Below, piece by piece: positions 49,127-57,816 of a stretch of 64,000 nucleotides of DNA; the first letter of the stretch is position 1, and each line of letters starts with the position of its first letter. The notes under the pieces were generated by a model. That model did not search any database, was not told the DNA's origin, and saw only the letters and a list, made by a program, of their open reading frames with translations. This DNA is from an uncultured bacterium (lineage in GTDB: Bacteria; Krumholzibacteriota; Krumholzibacteriia; Krumholzibacteriales; Krumholzibacteriaceae). Where the stretch lies: positions 1 to 64,000 of the forward strand of contig CAWBAN010000005.1 of NCBI GenBank assembly GCA_963786935.1. Reading direction: 5' to 3'. Both the position numbers and the translations under genes were made by a program.

Positions 49127-49421
49127 CACCGCACCTCCTGCACTGAAAAAGCAAGTGAACCTTCGTCCCTTCCTCCGCCGCGCCTCCCCGTCAGGTTCGT
49201 TTTTCATTGTATCCGATCGGGGTCAAAGGTCAAGGGCGAAGTGCGGGGGCGGGCGGCGCGGGAGCGGGGGCCGCGAAGCGACAGACGATCCGGCCTCGCG
49301 TCGGGGCGGCGCCCCCGTTAAGATGTATTTTAAATTGATTTTCGATCCCCGGGTGTATGATTATGTGAAAAATCGATCGATCTTTCAGGGCTCGTTTCTT
49401 TGAAATCATAAGGAGGACCCC

Positions 49422-49895
49422 ATGGCCACACTCAAGGTCGGCGACAAGGCCCCGAGCTTCGAGCTTCCGATCGCGATGGACAAGACGTGGAAGCTTTCCG
49501 AGAACGTCGGCAAGCAGAACATCGTGCTTCTCTTCTTCCCGCTCGCGTTCAGCCCGACGTGCCACGCGGAGCTGTGCTCGTTCCGGGACGGCTTCCGCGA
49601 GTTCCAGAGCCTCGATGCGATGGTCGTCGCCATCAGCATCGACAGCCCCTTCGTGCTCAACAAATGGAAAGAGGAGCTCGCGCTCCAGTACCCGCTGCTG
49701 AGCGACTTCAACAAGCAGGTCGCCCCGGCGTACGGCGCCTTCTACGAAAAACTCGGACCGCTTCAGGGCGTGGCGAAGCGCTCGGCGTTCGTCATCGACA
49801 AGAAGGGGATCATCCGCTACGCGTGGGTGTCCGAGGATGCGGGCGTCGTGCCCGATCTCGTCGCGATCAAGAAGGTGCTCGACGGATTGAAGTAG
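49422..49895 (+). CDS. Peroxiredoxin (AhpC/TSA superfamily; AhpE/BCP-like)
   Basis: VGDKAP.F, FFPLAFSPTCHAELC, LLSDFN, KRSAFVID. Confidence 0.9.
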   Translation: MATLKVGDKAPSFELPIAMDKTWKLSENVGKQNIVLLFFPLAFSPTCHAELCSFRDGFREFQSLDAMVVAISIDSPFVLNKWKEELALQYPLLSDFNKQVAPAYGAFYEKLGPLQGVAKRSAFVIDKKGIIRYAWVSEDAGVVPDLVAIKKVLDGLK

Positions 49896-49928
49896 AGCGC
49901 CGGCGAATTCGGCTCGGGGCCGCGGGCG

Positions 49929-50423
49929 TCATTCGGTCGCGGCCTCGGGCCGGTAGAGTGCGCGCGTGTAGGGCAGGCTCTTGACTCCGCAGAGATCGGC
50001 GGGAAAATGGAGAAGGAGCCTGCCTTCCGTGTCCATATCCCCCCGCATCTGGAACGTGCACGAATCCCTCCCGCTGATCCAATAGAGCGCGTCGAAACGG
50101 ATCGCGTTCTCGCGCCACACGCCCGCCGCCTCGAAGCGCATCCCCTCGGGCACGAGCTCGCCGCCGGAGGGGGATTTCGTCGAGACGAGCTCGATCGCGA
50201 CGGTGTCGCCGCGCTGCTCGATCGTGTAAATCGATTTCGAGATCGTGCGGTCGGCGCTCTCGATGCCGCTGTGCCACTCGCCGGCGAGATCGAGGTTCCG
50301 GGATGGCTTCGGCGGCGCGCTTTCGTTCTTGCCGCCGCAGGACGGAATCAGGGAGAGGCAGAGAATGAGGAGGAGGGGAATCAGCTTCGCAGGGACGGAT
50401 TTGCTCGAACGGGGGATTTTCAA
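49929..50423 (-). CDS. Hypothetical lipoprotein
   Basis: TTG start after GGAGG; hydrophobic stretch ending IPSC; DLAGEW beta-rich domain. Confidence 0.55.
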   Translation of the reverse strand: MKIPRSSKSVPAKLIPLLLILCLSLIPSCGGKNESAPPKPSRNLDLAGEWHSGIESADRTISKSIYTIEQRGDTVAIELVSTKSPSGGELVPEGMRFEAAGVWRENAIRFDALYWISGRDSCTFQMRGDMDTEGRLLLHFPADLCGVKSLPYTRALYRPEAATE

Positions 50424-50447
50424 TTCGAGCCTCCGGGTAAATAAAAA

Positions 50448-50525
50448 TGGGGTGGACGACGGGACTTGAACCCGCGACAACTGGAACCACAATCCAGGGC
50501 TCTACCAAGCTGAGCTACGTCCACC
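50448..50525 (-). tRNA. tRNA-His (GTG) with G-1 and encoded CCA
   Basis: G-GTGGACG/CGTCCAC-C-CCA; CTGGATT-GTG-GTTCCAG anticodon arm; GGTTCAAGTCC. Confidence 0.95.
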
Positions 50526-50570
50526 GCAAACCTGACTAATTCTATTGTGCGGCCGCTGGTTGCGCAAGTG

Positions 50571-50598
50571 AAAAGGGTCGGGCCGTTGGGCCCGACCC
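50571..50598 (-). terminator. Perfect 10-bp hairpin plus short T run between tRNA-Arg and tRNA-His
   Basis: GGGTCGGGCC-GTTG-GGCCCGACCC, with AAAA immediately 5' on the + strand. Confidence 0.5.
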
Positions 50599-50608
50599 CC
50601 GTTATTCT

Positions 50609-50681
50609 CGCGCCTGGCAGGACTCGAACCTGCAGCCAACGGATTAGAAATCCGTTGCTCTATCCATTGAGCTACAGGCGC
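50609..50681 (-). tRNA. tRNA-Arg (TCT), CCA not encoded
   Basis: GCGCCTG/CAGGCGC acceptor; ACGGATT-TCT-AATCCGT anticodon arm; GGTTCGAGTCC. Confidence 0.95.
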
Positions 50682-50760
50682 ATAGCCGCCTATATAATTA
50701 TCGGGACGCGAAGCGGTTGTCCAGCGTTTCCTTGCAATCCGGGCGAGGCGCACCCCGCGC

Positions 50761-51441
50761 TCAGGGAGCGAGCGGGAGGAAATAGCCGATGAGCGCGTGG
50801 TAGGGGGTGAACACCGCCTCGATCACGCTTCCGAATCCCGCGTTGAAGGCCGGGACCCGCATCAGCATGATCACGGCGAAGATGCCGAAGAAGCCGAGCC
50901 GGCGATAGCGTTCCGCGAGCTCGTCCGGGAGGAACGAGGCGAGCACGTGCGAGCCGTCGAGGGGCGGAATGGGGATAAGGTTGAAGACGGCGAGGACCAC
51001 GTTGAGATAGACGCCCCCGTAGAACATCTTCAGCAGGAACTCCCAGAAGCGCGCGAGGATCGTGATATTCGCTCCGGTGATCGCGGGCGCCGCGACACCC
51101 AGCAGGATCACCATAACGCTGCACGCGAGCGCGAGGCACAGGTTCGACACCGGCCCCACGACCGATACGAGCATGTCGTCGCGCTTGAAGTCCCGGAAGT
51201 TATAGGGATTCACGGGCACCGGCTTGGCCCACGCGATGAAGATCCTGCCCGCCGCGAGCAGCGAGAAGAGCGGCACGAGGATCGATCCGAAGAGATCGAT
51301 GTGCGGGATCGGATTGAGCGTGAGCCGCCCCATATCGCGCGCCGTCGGGTCGCCGGCCCTGAGCGCCACCCACCCGTGCGCCATCTCGTGGATGACCACC
51401 GAAAAGAGGAGAATCGGGATTACATAAAGCTGCTCGAGCAT
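50761..51441 (-). CDS. Site-2 protease (peptidase M50) family protein
   Basis: HEMAHG, GDPTA..GRLTLNP..HID, WAKPVPVN, FNLIPIPPLDG. Confidence 0.95.
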   Translation of the reverse strand: MLEQLYVIPILLFSVVIHEMAHGWVALRAGDPTARDMGRLTLNPIPHIDLFGSILVPLFSLLAAGRIFIAWAKPVPVNPYNFRDFKRDDMLVSVVGPVSNLCLALACSVMVILLGVAAPAITGANITILARFWEFLLKMFYGGVYLNVVLAVFNLIPIPPLDGSHVLASFLPDELAERYRRLGFFGIFAVIMLMRVPAFNAGFGSVIEAVFTPYHALIGYFLPLAP

Positions 51442-51556
51442 GACACCCCCTGCGCGCCGATCCGGCGCTTGCTCGTGGATAATGCACGAGCGGACGGACG
51501 TCTGTCCAGAGATTGTTGGCGGTTCAGGTGATGGAGCAACCTAATGACGGAGCAAT

Positions 51557-52144
51557 CTAGAACCAGCCGGTGGCGTCGAGCGCGTCGATCTTTTCCCTGA
51601 GCTCCTGGTGCAGCTCCTCGAGACGATCCGCTTTTGCCTCGAGCCTGTTGGCGCGCTTCTCGAGATGCGCCGCCATGCGCTCGATCTTGTCTCCCTTGCG
51701 ATCGAGCTCTTCCTCGAGGTCCTCGAGATCCTTCTCGTCGCCGAGAGCGAGGAGCGCGCCCACCGCCGCGTGGAGCCCGAGCCCGGCGCCCTTTACGCCG
51801 ATCTTCGCGCCCTCGGCGGCGATCAGCTTCGCTTCCTCGATGATCGCGTCGAAGGTGTCGTAGTATTTCTGAACCAGCTCGCGCTGAGAAACGGAAAGGC
51901 GGATGGATTCGCCGTTCACGGAGAGGTCGCCGTTCTCGGTGATCTCGACCGTCTCGTCCTCGTCGTGCTTGAACGTAATCGAGCCGTCCTCGATGTCGAC
52001 GTCCACGTCGTCGTCGCGGAAGAGATTGTCGGTGTCGTCGCAGTCGCTGTGGACGTGAATCGTCCGGTGGGCCAGCGCCTCGACCGGCATGAACGCCGTC
52101 GCGGAGGCGAGGCCGAGAGCACAAAGAATAACAAATGGTTTCAT
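51557..52144 (-). CDS. DUF2884/YggN-like periplasmic protein
   Basis: Signal peptide; EIT.NGDL.VNG..I.LS..QRELV..YY followed by coiled coil. Confidence 0.7.
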   Translation of the reverse strand: MKPFVILCALGLASATAFMPVEALAHRTIHVHSDCDDTDNLFRDDDVDVDIEDGSITFKHDEDETVEITENGDLSVNGESIRLSVSQRELVQKYYDTFDAIIEEAKLIAAEGAKIGVKGAGLGLHAAVGALLALGDEKDLEDLEEELDRKGDKIERMAAHLEKRANRLEAKADRLEELHQELREKIDALDATGWF

Positions 52145-52251
52145 AAAGAGTCCTCCTCGAGGCTTGACGAGCTTTGACGGTAATACGCCGCGCGGGGGAA
52201 AAAGTTGCGTCTCAGGAATGGTTTCCGGCCCCCGCCGCGGCGCGCTTTCCG

Positions 52252-52280
52252 TTGAAATCTTCGAGAAATCGGAGTACAAT
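52252..52280 (+). promoter_or_regulatory. Sigma70-type promoter
   Basis: TTGAAA-N17-TACAAT. Confidence 0.55.
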
Positions 52281-52326
52281 ACTGATGGGTTTGGATCTTC
52301 TTTTAGAGAACCGGAGGGGGTGTCCC

Positions 52327-53784
52327 ATGCACCCGATTGTGAAGGGCATAGCCTGCATAGGGATTTTCCCGTATCTTGTTTTATGCGTGGCGGTTGGAAA
52401 CGCCGCTCCGCAGGTGTTGTGCTCGTCCGAGCTGCAGGAAAACGCGCTGCCGCAGACGGGATATATCGGCATCTGGGCGGACGCAACTCACGCCGATTGC
52501 GACGTTTATCCGGCCGTGTACGCGCCGTTTGAAGCGTATATCTGGTGCTTGCCGAGCGTCCGCGGCCTTCAAGCCGCCGAGTTCGCGGTCAGCTTCCCGC
52601 CGACGATCATTACCCTCGCCACCGTCAAGAACCCCGGCATCTCCGTCGAGCTTGGCTCGCTCGCGGCCGGCATCAGCGTTGCGTTCGGTGAGGGTATGTG
52701 CCAGCAGGAGTGGGTCTACTTGTACCGGCTCACCTTGATGTCGCTGGCCTCGGTCCCCGCGAGGATCGATATCGTCCCGCATCCGATGACGCTGCCGGTG
52801 CCGGCGTATCAGTTCGCGAGCTGCCAGCCCGGCTATCCGATCGAGCCGTGTGTGTATATGGAACCGCTGTACGTCAATCAGTCCTGCAGCTGGTGCATTC
52901 CCAGCATTCCCTTTCTCAATAACGTGACGGTGGAGAGCTCGACCGTCATCCATGCGTTCTTCGATGTGCCCCCGATGCCTCCCGTCCCGCCGCCGACCTC
53001 AGCTCATTTCTTCCTGTATAATAAAGCCAACCTGGAGGATACGATTCGCTGCATTCTGGCGGAGCCGCCGCAGTACAGCGAGGGATATGAATATGTCCTC
53101 ACGCTTGAGAGCGCGATGGTGGACAATACCACGTATGTGCTGGAGGCCCTCCATTTCCACCAGAATGCCGGTCCCGCGGGAGACTCGTGGTTTTGGTTCA
53201 CATTCCATGAGGCGAACGCGACGCTGCTGCAGAGCTGCTCCGCGGCTGTGGGCATATCGGGTATCGATCTCGCATGGGAGCTCTCCGAGGTTGATGCGGG
53301 GATCGAGTTCTTCGTTTCTCGTTCCGAGAACGGAGCCGATTTCATCGAGCTCGACAAGAGCCGTCTCGCGCGTGACGGGCTCAGATTCACCTATATGGAC
53401 TCGGGAGTCGAGCCGGGGAAGCGGTACGTTTACAAGGTCGAGTACACGCTCGACGGGAAGAGCAGGCTGCTCTTCATATCCGAGGAGATCCGGATGCCCG
53501 CGGCGCTCCTTGCGCTCGAGCAGAATCATCCAAACCCGTTCAATCCCTCGACGACGATCTCGTTCTCGCTGACCGACGAGTGCGTCGTGCGGCTCGAGGT
53601 TTATGACGTGAGCGGGCGGCTCGTCGCGAAGCTCGTGGACGGAGCGCGGCTGAGCGCCGGTCCGCACGACGTCGCGTGGAACGGCCGGGACGTCTCGGGC
53701 AGGGCCGCGGCCTCGGGCATCTACGCGTATCGCCTCGTCGCCGGCAAGGAGACGATCTCGCGGAAGATGGTTTTGCTGCGGTGA
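52327..53784 (+). CDS. Secreted Cys-containing protein with C-terminal FlgD-Ig/T9SS-like domain
   Basis: GGAGG RBS; signal peptide; LEQNHPNPFNPSTTISFSL...LEVYDVSGRLV...WNGRD.SG...ASGIY.YRL...RKMVLLR. Confidence 0.8.
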   Translation: MHPIVKGIACIGIFPYLVLCVAVGNAAPQVLCSSELQENALPQTGYIGIWADATHADCDVYPAVYAPFEAYIWCLPSVRGLQAAEFAVSFPPTIITLATVKNPGISVELGSLAAGISVAFGEGMCQQEWVYLYRLTLMSLASVPARIDIVPHPMTLPVPAYQFASCQPGYPIEPCVYMEPLYVNQSCSWCIPSIPFLNNVTVESSTVIHAFFDVPPMPPVPPPTSAHFFLYNKANLEDTIRCILAEPPQYSEGYEYVLTLESAMVDNTTYVLEALHFHQNAGPAGDSWFWFTFHEANATLLQSCSAAVGISGIDLAWELSEVDAGIEFFVSRSENGADFIELDKSRLARDGLRFTYMDSGVEPGKRYVYKVEYTLDGKSRLLFISEEIRMPAALLALEQNHPNPFNPSTTISFSLTDECVVRLEVYDVSGRLVAKLVDGARLSAGPHDVAWNGRDVSGRAAASGIYAYRLVAGKETISRKMVLLR

Positions 53785-53863
53785 TTTGGATCCATAGCGC
53801 CTGATGCGGGAAGCGGCCGTTCCGGGCGCGCGCGCCGATTGACACCGGGCTTATAATCATCGA

Positions 53864-55741
53864 ATGAGAGGCGCGGGGGGCAACCTTCTCTTTGCGATCT
53901 GCATCGCGCTCGCCTTCGTCGGATGCAGTGAAGATCCCGTCGTGCCGAAGAAGCGGGCGACTCCCTCCGATCTCGGCACTCCGATCCCGTACATCTATCA
54001 ACCGGCGTATGCGGCGAGCGAGCCGCAGTACGCGAAGATGACTCTGTTCGGATGGCGCGCCGGAGAGGGATCGGCGCCGGCCGAGACCCGCTATCTCTGG
54101 CGTCTCTGCGTCGATTCGACGGGCGCCTACAATCCCGCATTCGACATCATCAAGGACCTGAATGCGAATCCGTGGCGATACGGGAGCGAGTGGTCGCCGT
54201 GGACGCCGTTCGACGCGCCGGGAGATTCCGGCAGGGCGACGATCATCGGCGACGACGAGCCGCTCACGGCCGGCCGGATATACGTACTCGCCGTGCAGGC
54301 GCGGGACGCGGCCGGCAGGACCACCGACACCTTCAGCGTCCGCGCGAACGCGCGCAGGTTCAGGATCAGGGCGGCGGTGTCGCCGCTCCTCGTTCTCTAC
54401 GAGGAGCACCTCGTCGGTTTCCGGTTCCTCGGAACGAACTACAATCCCGAGCGGAGGGATTTCCCGCCGGGCGTTCCGCTGCGCTTCACGTGGCGGGCGG
54501 ACGTGAGCGACTACGGGGGCACGATCGCCGGCTACCGCTGCGCGTGGGACGTTCCGGACTACCTCGCGTGGAGCGATCCCTTCGCGCCCGGCCTCACCGC
54601 CGCAAACGAGGTCTCGTTTTACGCCGGCGTTCACACGCTTTTCGTCGAGGCGGTCGACATCGCGGGCAACCGAGCTCTCGCCCGCGTCACCGTGAACGTC
54701 GTGCCGTTTCCGATGGACCGCTCGCTCCTCTTCGTCGACGATTACCACGGGGCGAGCGCGCAGCCGGAGGATTACTCGAATCCGTCGGAATCGAATCACG
54801 ACCAATTCTGGCTGCGCCTCTGCTCGCGCGCGTCGGGATTCGATCCCGCGCGGGACGTCTACGACGCGGTCGAGAACCTGGTCAGGCCGCCCGCCCTCGA
54901 TCTCCTCGGGAGGTACCGGAACGTCATCTGGACGTATTCATCCGAGAGCAACGCGTGGAGCAAGATGATTCTCTTCACGCCGGAGAGCCAGGTCGGCAAG
55001 ACGGGAAGGCATCCCGTCAATCATCTCTCGCTGTTTCTCGCGAAGGGCGGGCATCTCTGGACGCTCGGGCAGGGGCAGCGGAGCGGGGGGCTCGCCGCGG
55101 CGCTTCCGACGACGGCGCAGTCGTTCCCCGTGAATCTCGCGTGCGAGATCACCGGGAACCGCGCGGACTGCGACGGCGATCGGAGCGGCGTGCGGAGCAT
55201 GCCGTACCGCGATTACTGCGTCACGGTGCTCGACAAGGTCGACGGCATCCTGCGGACGACGGGCGTCATGCCGGAGCGGTCCATGAGCCGCTACGACTGC
55301 ATGGCGTACGCGCTGCGCGACGATTCGGATCCGCTCACCGTGTCGCGTCCGGGATTGCCGGCGCGCATCGATCTCTGGTCGGAGGTCACGAAGCCGGGGC
55401 GCTATTTCGATCCCGGCGATACCCTCGGTGTCGGCGGCCTCACCTACGTCGAGGCGTACGATCCCGCGTACTGGATGAATCTGAACGCCCTCCGGTCGCA
55501 GCCGTGCTTCCATCCGATATACTCGATGAAGGCGGCGAACGATTCCTCGGCGCTGGACGGCGCGGCCGTCGCGCTGTGGGTGACGAAGTACGCCGACGTC
55601 GTTCCCGAGGTCTCGGGGGGAACGGGCGCGGCGGCGGCGAGCTTTCATTTCGGGTTCCCGCTGTGGTTTTTCCGGCGGAGCGCCGTCGACAGCATCGCGG
55701 CGGTCGTATTCGACGAATGGGGGATTCTGCCGCCGCAATGA
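53864..55741 (+). CDS. Hypothetical lipoprotein (Ig/FN3-like N-terminal domains plus an alpha/beta domain)
   Basis: Lipobox FVGC; YVLAVQARD.AG and HTLFVEAVD.AG repeats; LLFVDD...Y..VIW. Confidence 0.65.
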   Translation: MRGAGGNLLFAICIALAFVGCSEDPVVPKKRATPSDLGTPIPYIYQPAYAASEPQYAKMTLFGWRAGEGSAPAETRYLWRLCVDSTGAYNPAFDIIKDLNANPWRYGSEWSPWTPFDAPGDSGRATIIGDDEPLTAGRIYVLAVQARDAAGRTTDTFSVRANARRFRIRAAVSPLLVLYEEHLVGFRFLGTNYNPERRDFPPGVPLRFTWRADVSDYGGTIAGYRCAWDVPDYLAWSDPFAPGLTAANEVSFYAGVHTLFVEAVDIAGNRALARVTVNVVPFPMDRSLLFVDDYHGASAQPEDYSNPSESNHDQFWLRLCSRASGFDPARDVYDAVENLVRPPALDLLGRYRNVIWTYSSESNAWSKMILFTPESQVGKTGRHPVNHLSLFLAKGGHLWTLGQGQRSGGLAAALPTTAQSFPVNLACEITGNRADCDGDRSGVRSMPYRDYCVTVLDKVDGILRTTGVMPERSMSRYDCMAYALRDDSDPLTVSRPGLPARIDLWSEVTKPGRYFDPGDTLGVGGLTYVEAYDPAYWMNLNALRSQPCFHPIYSMKAANDSSALDGAAVALWVTKYADVVPEVSGGTGAAAASFHFGFPLWFFRRSAVDSIAAVVFDEWGILPPQ

Positions 55742-57723
55742 AAGCCGTGACGAGAATAACGATTCTCCTCGCGATCGCCGCCGCGCTCGCGGCGGTCGCG
55801 GGCTGCGATGCGGATTCGCCCACCGCCCCGAGCGAGAAGGGATCGGCCGCCGAGATCGCCGCCGATGTGTTCGTCGTGGACGGCACGGCCGGCCTCTCGT
55901 TCGTCGAGGCGAACGACTCGATGCTCGTGTTCGATATGCTCGGGCCGGCGCCGCCGATTCCGACGGGCGGGGTCGTCGTCGGCGCCGACGGAGGGGGCTA
56001 CATCCGCCGGGTGCGGTCAATGGGCAGAAGCGGAAGCCGGCTCTACATCGCCACCCGCCCCGCCGTCCTCGCGGACGCAGTCATCTCCGGCACCCTCGAC
56101 GCGACGGCAACGATCGGCTTTTCCAGCGGGATCGATCTTTCGAACGTCGTCCTGCATTCGGGAGACGCCGGGGGCGCCCCGCTCTCGGTGACGATCGAGA
56201 GCGGCCGCATCGAGTTCGAGCCCGCGATCGACCTCTCCCTGCGGATCGTTCCGTACAAGCTCCATCGATTCACGGCGAGCGCGGCGGGAAATCTCCATTT
56301 CGAGTGCGAGGTGAGCGTCGAGGCGGGCGGTCCGATCGCGAGCGCCCGAAGCATGCCGATCGCTTCGATCCGGAAGCCGGTCGTCTTTTTTCTCGGCCCC
56401 GTGCCCGTCGCCGCCGCGGTCACGATGACCTTCATGGCGGGCTTCGACGTCTCCTCCGATTCGGCGTTCGCGGGCGATCTCGGGATCGATATCTCCGGTC
56501 CCCTGCGGTGCGGCATCCGGTTCGATCGGGGCGCATGGTCGCTCTCCTCCGAAGCTTCTCCCGTGTATACGCCGCGGTCCTTCCAATACGAGAGCCGCAA
56601 GGGCGCGCGGATGACGCTGACCATCGAGCCGAAGATCGAGATCGAATTCTTCGGCGCGCCGTGCGTCGAGCTCGAATTCGGTCCGTCGTTCGGGCTCGAC
56701 GAGCGCGACGAGGGATTCTCCGTCCTCGCGTGGGAGCTCTTCGCCGCGTATCACGGCGCCGCGGCGTTCGATCGCGGCGCGCTCGACCGCTTTGCGCCGC
56801 CGTTCGAATCGGGGCGCTCCCGTTGCTGCGCGACGACGCTCGCGTCCGGGCCGTTCCACACCGACGACTACGTCTTTGCCGGACAATGGAAGATTGCGGG
56901 GCCGCCCGGCTCCGTCATCTCGTATCCGACGGGAATCGCCGTGGACGTGGCCGGAAACGTGTACGTCGTCGAGAGCTGGAACGGCGAGGTGCAGAAGTTC
57001 ACCTCCGAGGGCGCCCTCCTGCGCCGCTGGGGCGAGCCGGGCGCGGGGGACGGACAGTTCGAAACCCCCGAGAAGATCGCGGTCGACGGGGACGGATTCG
57101 TCTACGTCGTCGACGGCGGCAACCACCGCGTTCAGAAATTCACCCCCGACGGAGCATTCATCTTGAAATGGGGGAGCGAGGGCGCCGGCGACGGGCAGTT
57201 CCGTTCGCCCGTCGGCGTCGCGGCGGCGGGCGGCGTCGTGTACGTCACGGACGGCCGGAACAACCGCGTCCAGAAGTTCTCGGCGTCGGGCGGATTCCTC
57301 GGCGCGTGGGGGGAATACGGCGCGGGGCCGGGCCAGTTCAACGGCCCGATGGGCGTCGCGATCGATCCCGCGGACGGGACCGTTCTCGTCGCCGACTGCC
57401 AGAACCACCGGATCCAGCGGTTCTCGCCCGACGGCGCGCCGCTTGCGGCCTGGGGGAGCCACGGAACGGGGGAGGGCCAGTTCAACTGCGCCGTCGCCGT
57501 GACAGCCGTCGCGGGAGGCTCGGTCTTCGTCGCCGATATCGGAAACGACCGAATCGAGCGCTTCGCCTCGGACGGGACGTTCGTAACGAAGCTCGGGACG
57601 ACCGGGACCGCCGAGGGGCAGTTCGATCATCCCGAGGGAGTGGCAGTGGACGCGCGCGGCTATCTCTACGTCGTCGACGCGCGAAACAGCCGCGTGCAGC
57701 GGTTCGCGCCGCGCGCGCGGTGA
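55738..57723 (+). CDS. Lipoprotein with C-terminal NHL-repeat beta-propeller
   Basis: ATGA overlap; lipobox VAGC; six G.G.GQF..P.G+AVD..G.VYV.D..N.RVQ.F repeats at ~56900-57715. Confidence 0.85.
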   Translation: MKAVTRITILLAIAAALAAVAGCDADSPTAPSEKGSAAEIAADVFVVDGTAGLSFVEANDSMLVFDMLGPAPPIPTGGVVVGADGGGYIRRVRSMGRSGSRLYIATRPAVLADAVISGTLDATATIGFSSGIDLSNVVLHSGDAGGAPLSVTIESGRIEFEPAIDLSLRIVPYKLHRFTASAAGNLHFECEVSVEAGGPIASARSMPIASIRKPVVFFLGPVPVAAAVTMTFMAGFDVSSDSAFAGDLGIDISGPLRCGIRFDRGAWSLSSEASPVYTPRSFQYESRKGARMTLTIEPKIEIEFFGAPCVELEFGPSFGLDERDEGFSVLAWELFAAYHGAAAFDRGALDRFAPPFESGRSRCCATTLASGPFHTDDYVFAGQWKIAGPPGSVISYPTGIAVDVAGNVYVVESWNGEVQKFTSEGALLRRWGEPGAGDGQFETPEKIAVDGDGFVYVVDGGNHRVQKFTPDGAFILKWGSEGAGDGQFRSPVGVAAAGGVVYVTDGRNNRVQKFSASGGFLGAWGEYGAGPGQFNGPMGVAIDPADGTVLVADCQNHRIQRFSPDGAPLAAWGSHGTGEGQFNCAVAVTAVAGGSVFVADIGNDRIERFASDGTFVTKLGTTGTAEGQFDHPEGVAVDARGYLYVVDARNSRVQRFAPRAR

Positions 57724-57771
57724 CGCGCGGCCGGCGCCGGCGCGGACCGAGAACGGCTCGCCCCGCGCAGG

Positions 57772-57810
57772 GAAACGCGCCGCCGCCCGTCGGGAGCGGC
57801 GGCGCCGTTT
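57772..57810. terminator. GC-rich hairpin between convergent genes
   Basis: GAAACG-CGCCGCCGC...GCGGCGGCG-C-CGTTTC inverted repeat. Confidence 0.45.
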
Positions 57811-57816
57811 CGTTCG

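Noticed and set aside
50424..50753. ORFs overlapping the tRNA genes (49929..50492 upstream extension, 50502..50753, 50547..50792)
   Set aside because: The sequence is explained by tRNA-His and tRNA-Arg; the lipoprotein start was reassigned to 50423
56900..57715. Periodic repeats (GGGCAGTTC..., GTCTACGTCGTCGAC) resembling an array
   Set aside because: These are coding NHL repeats that vary at synonymous positions, not a CRISPR array; no cas genes seen
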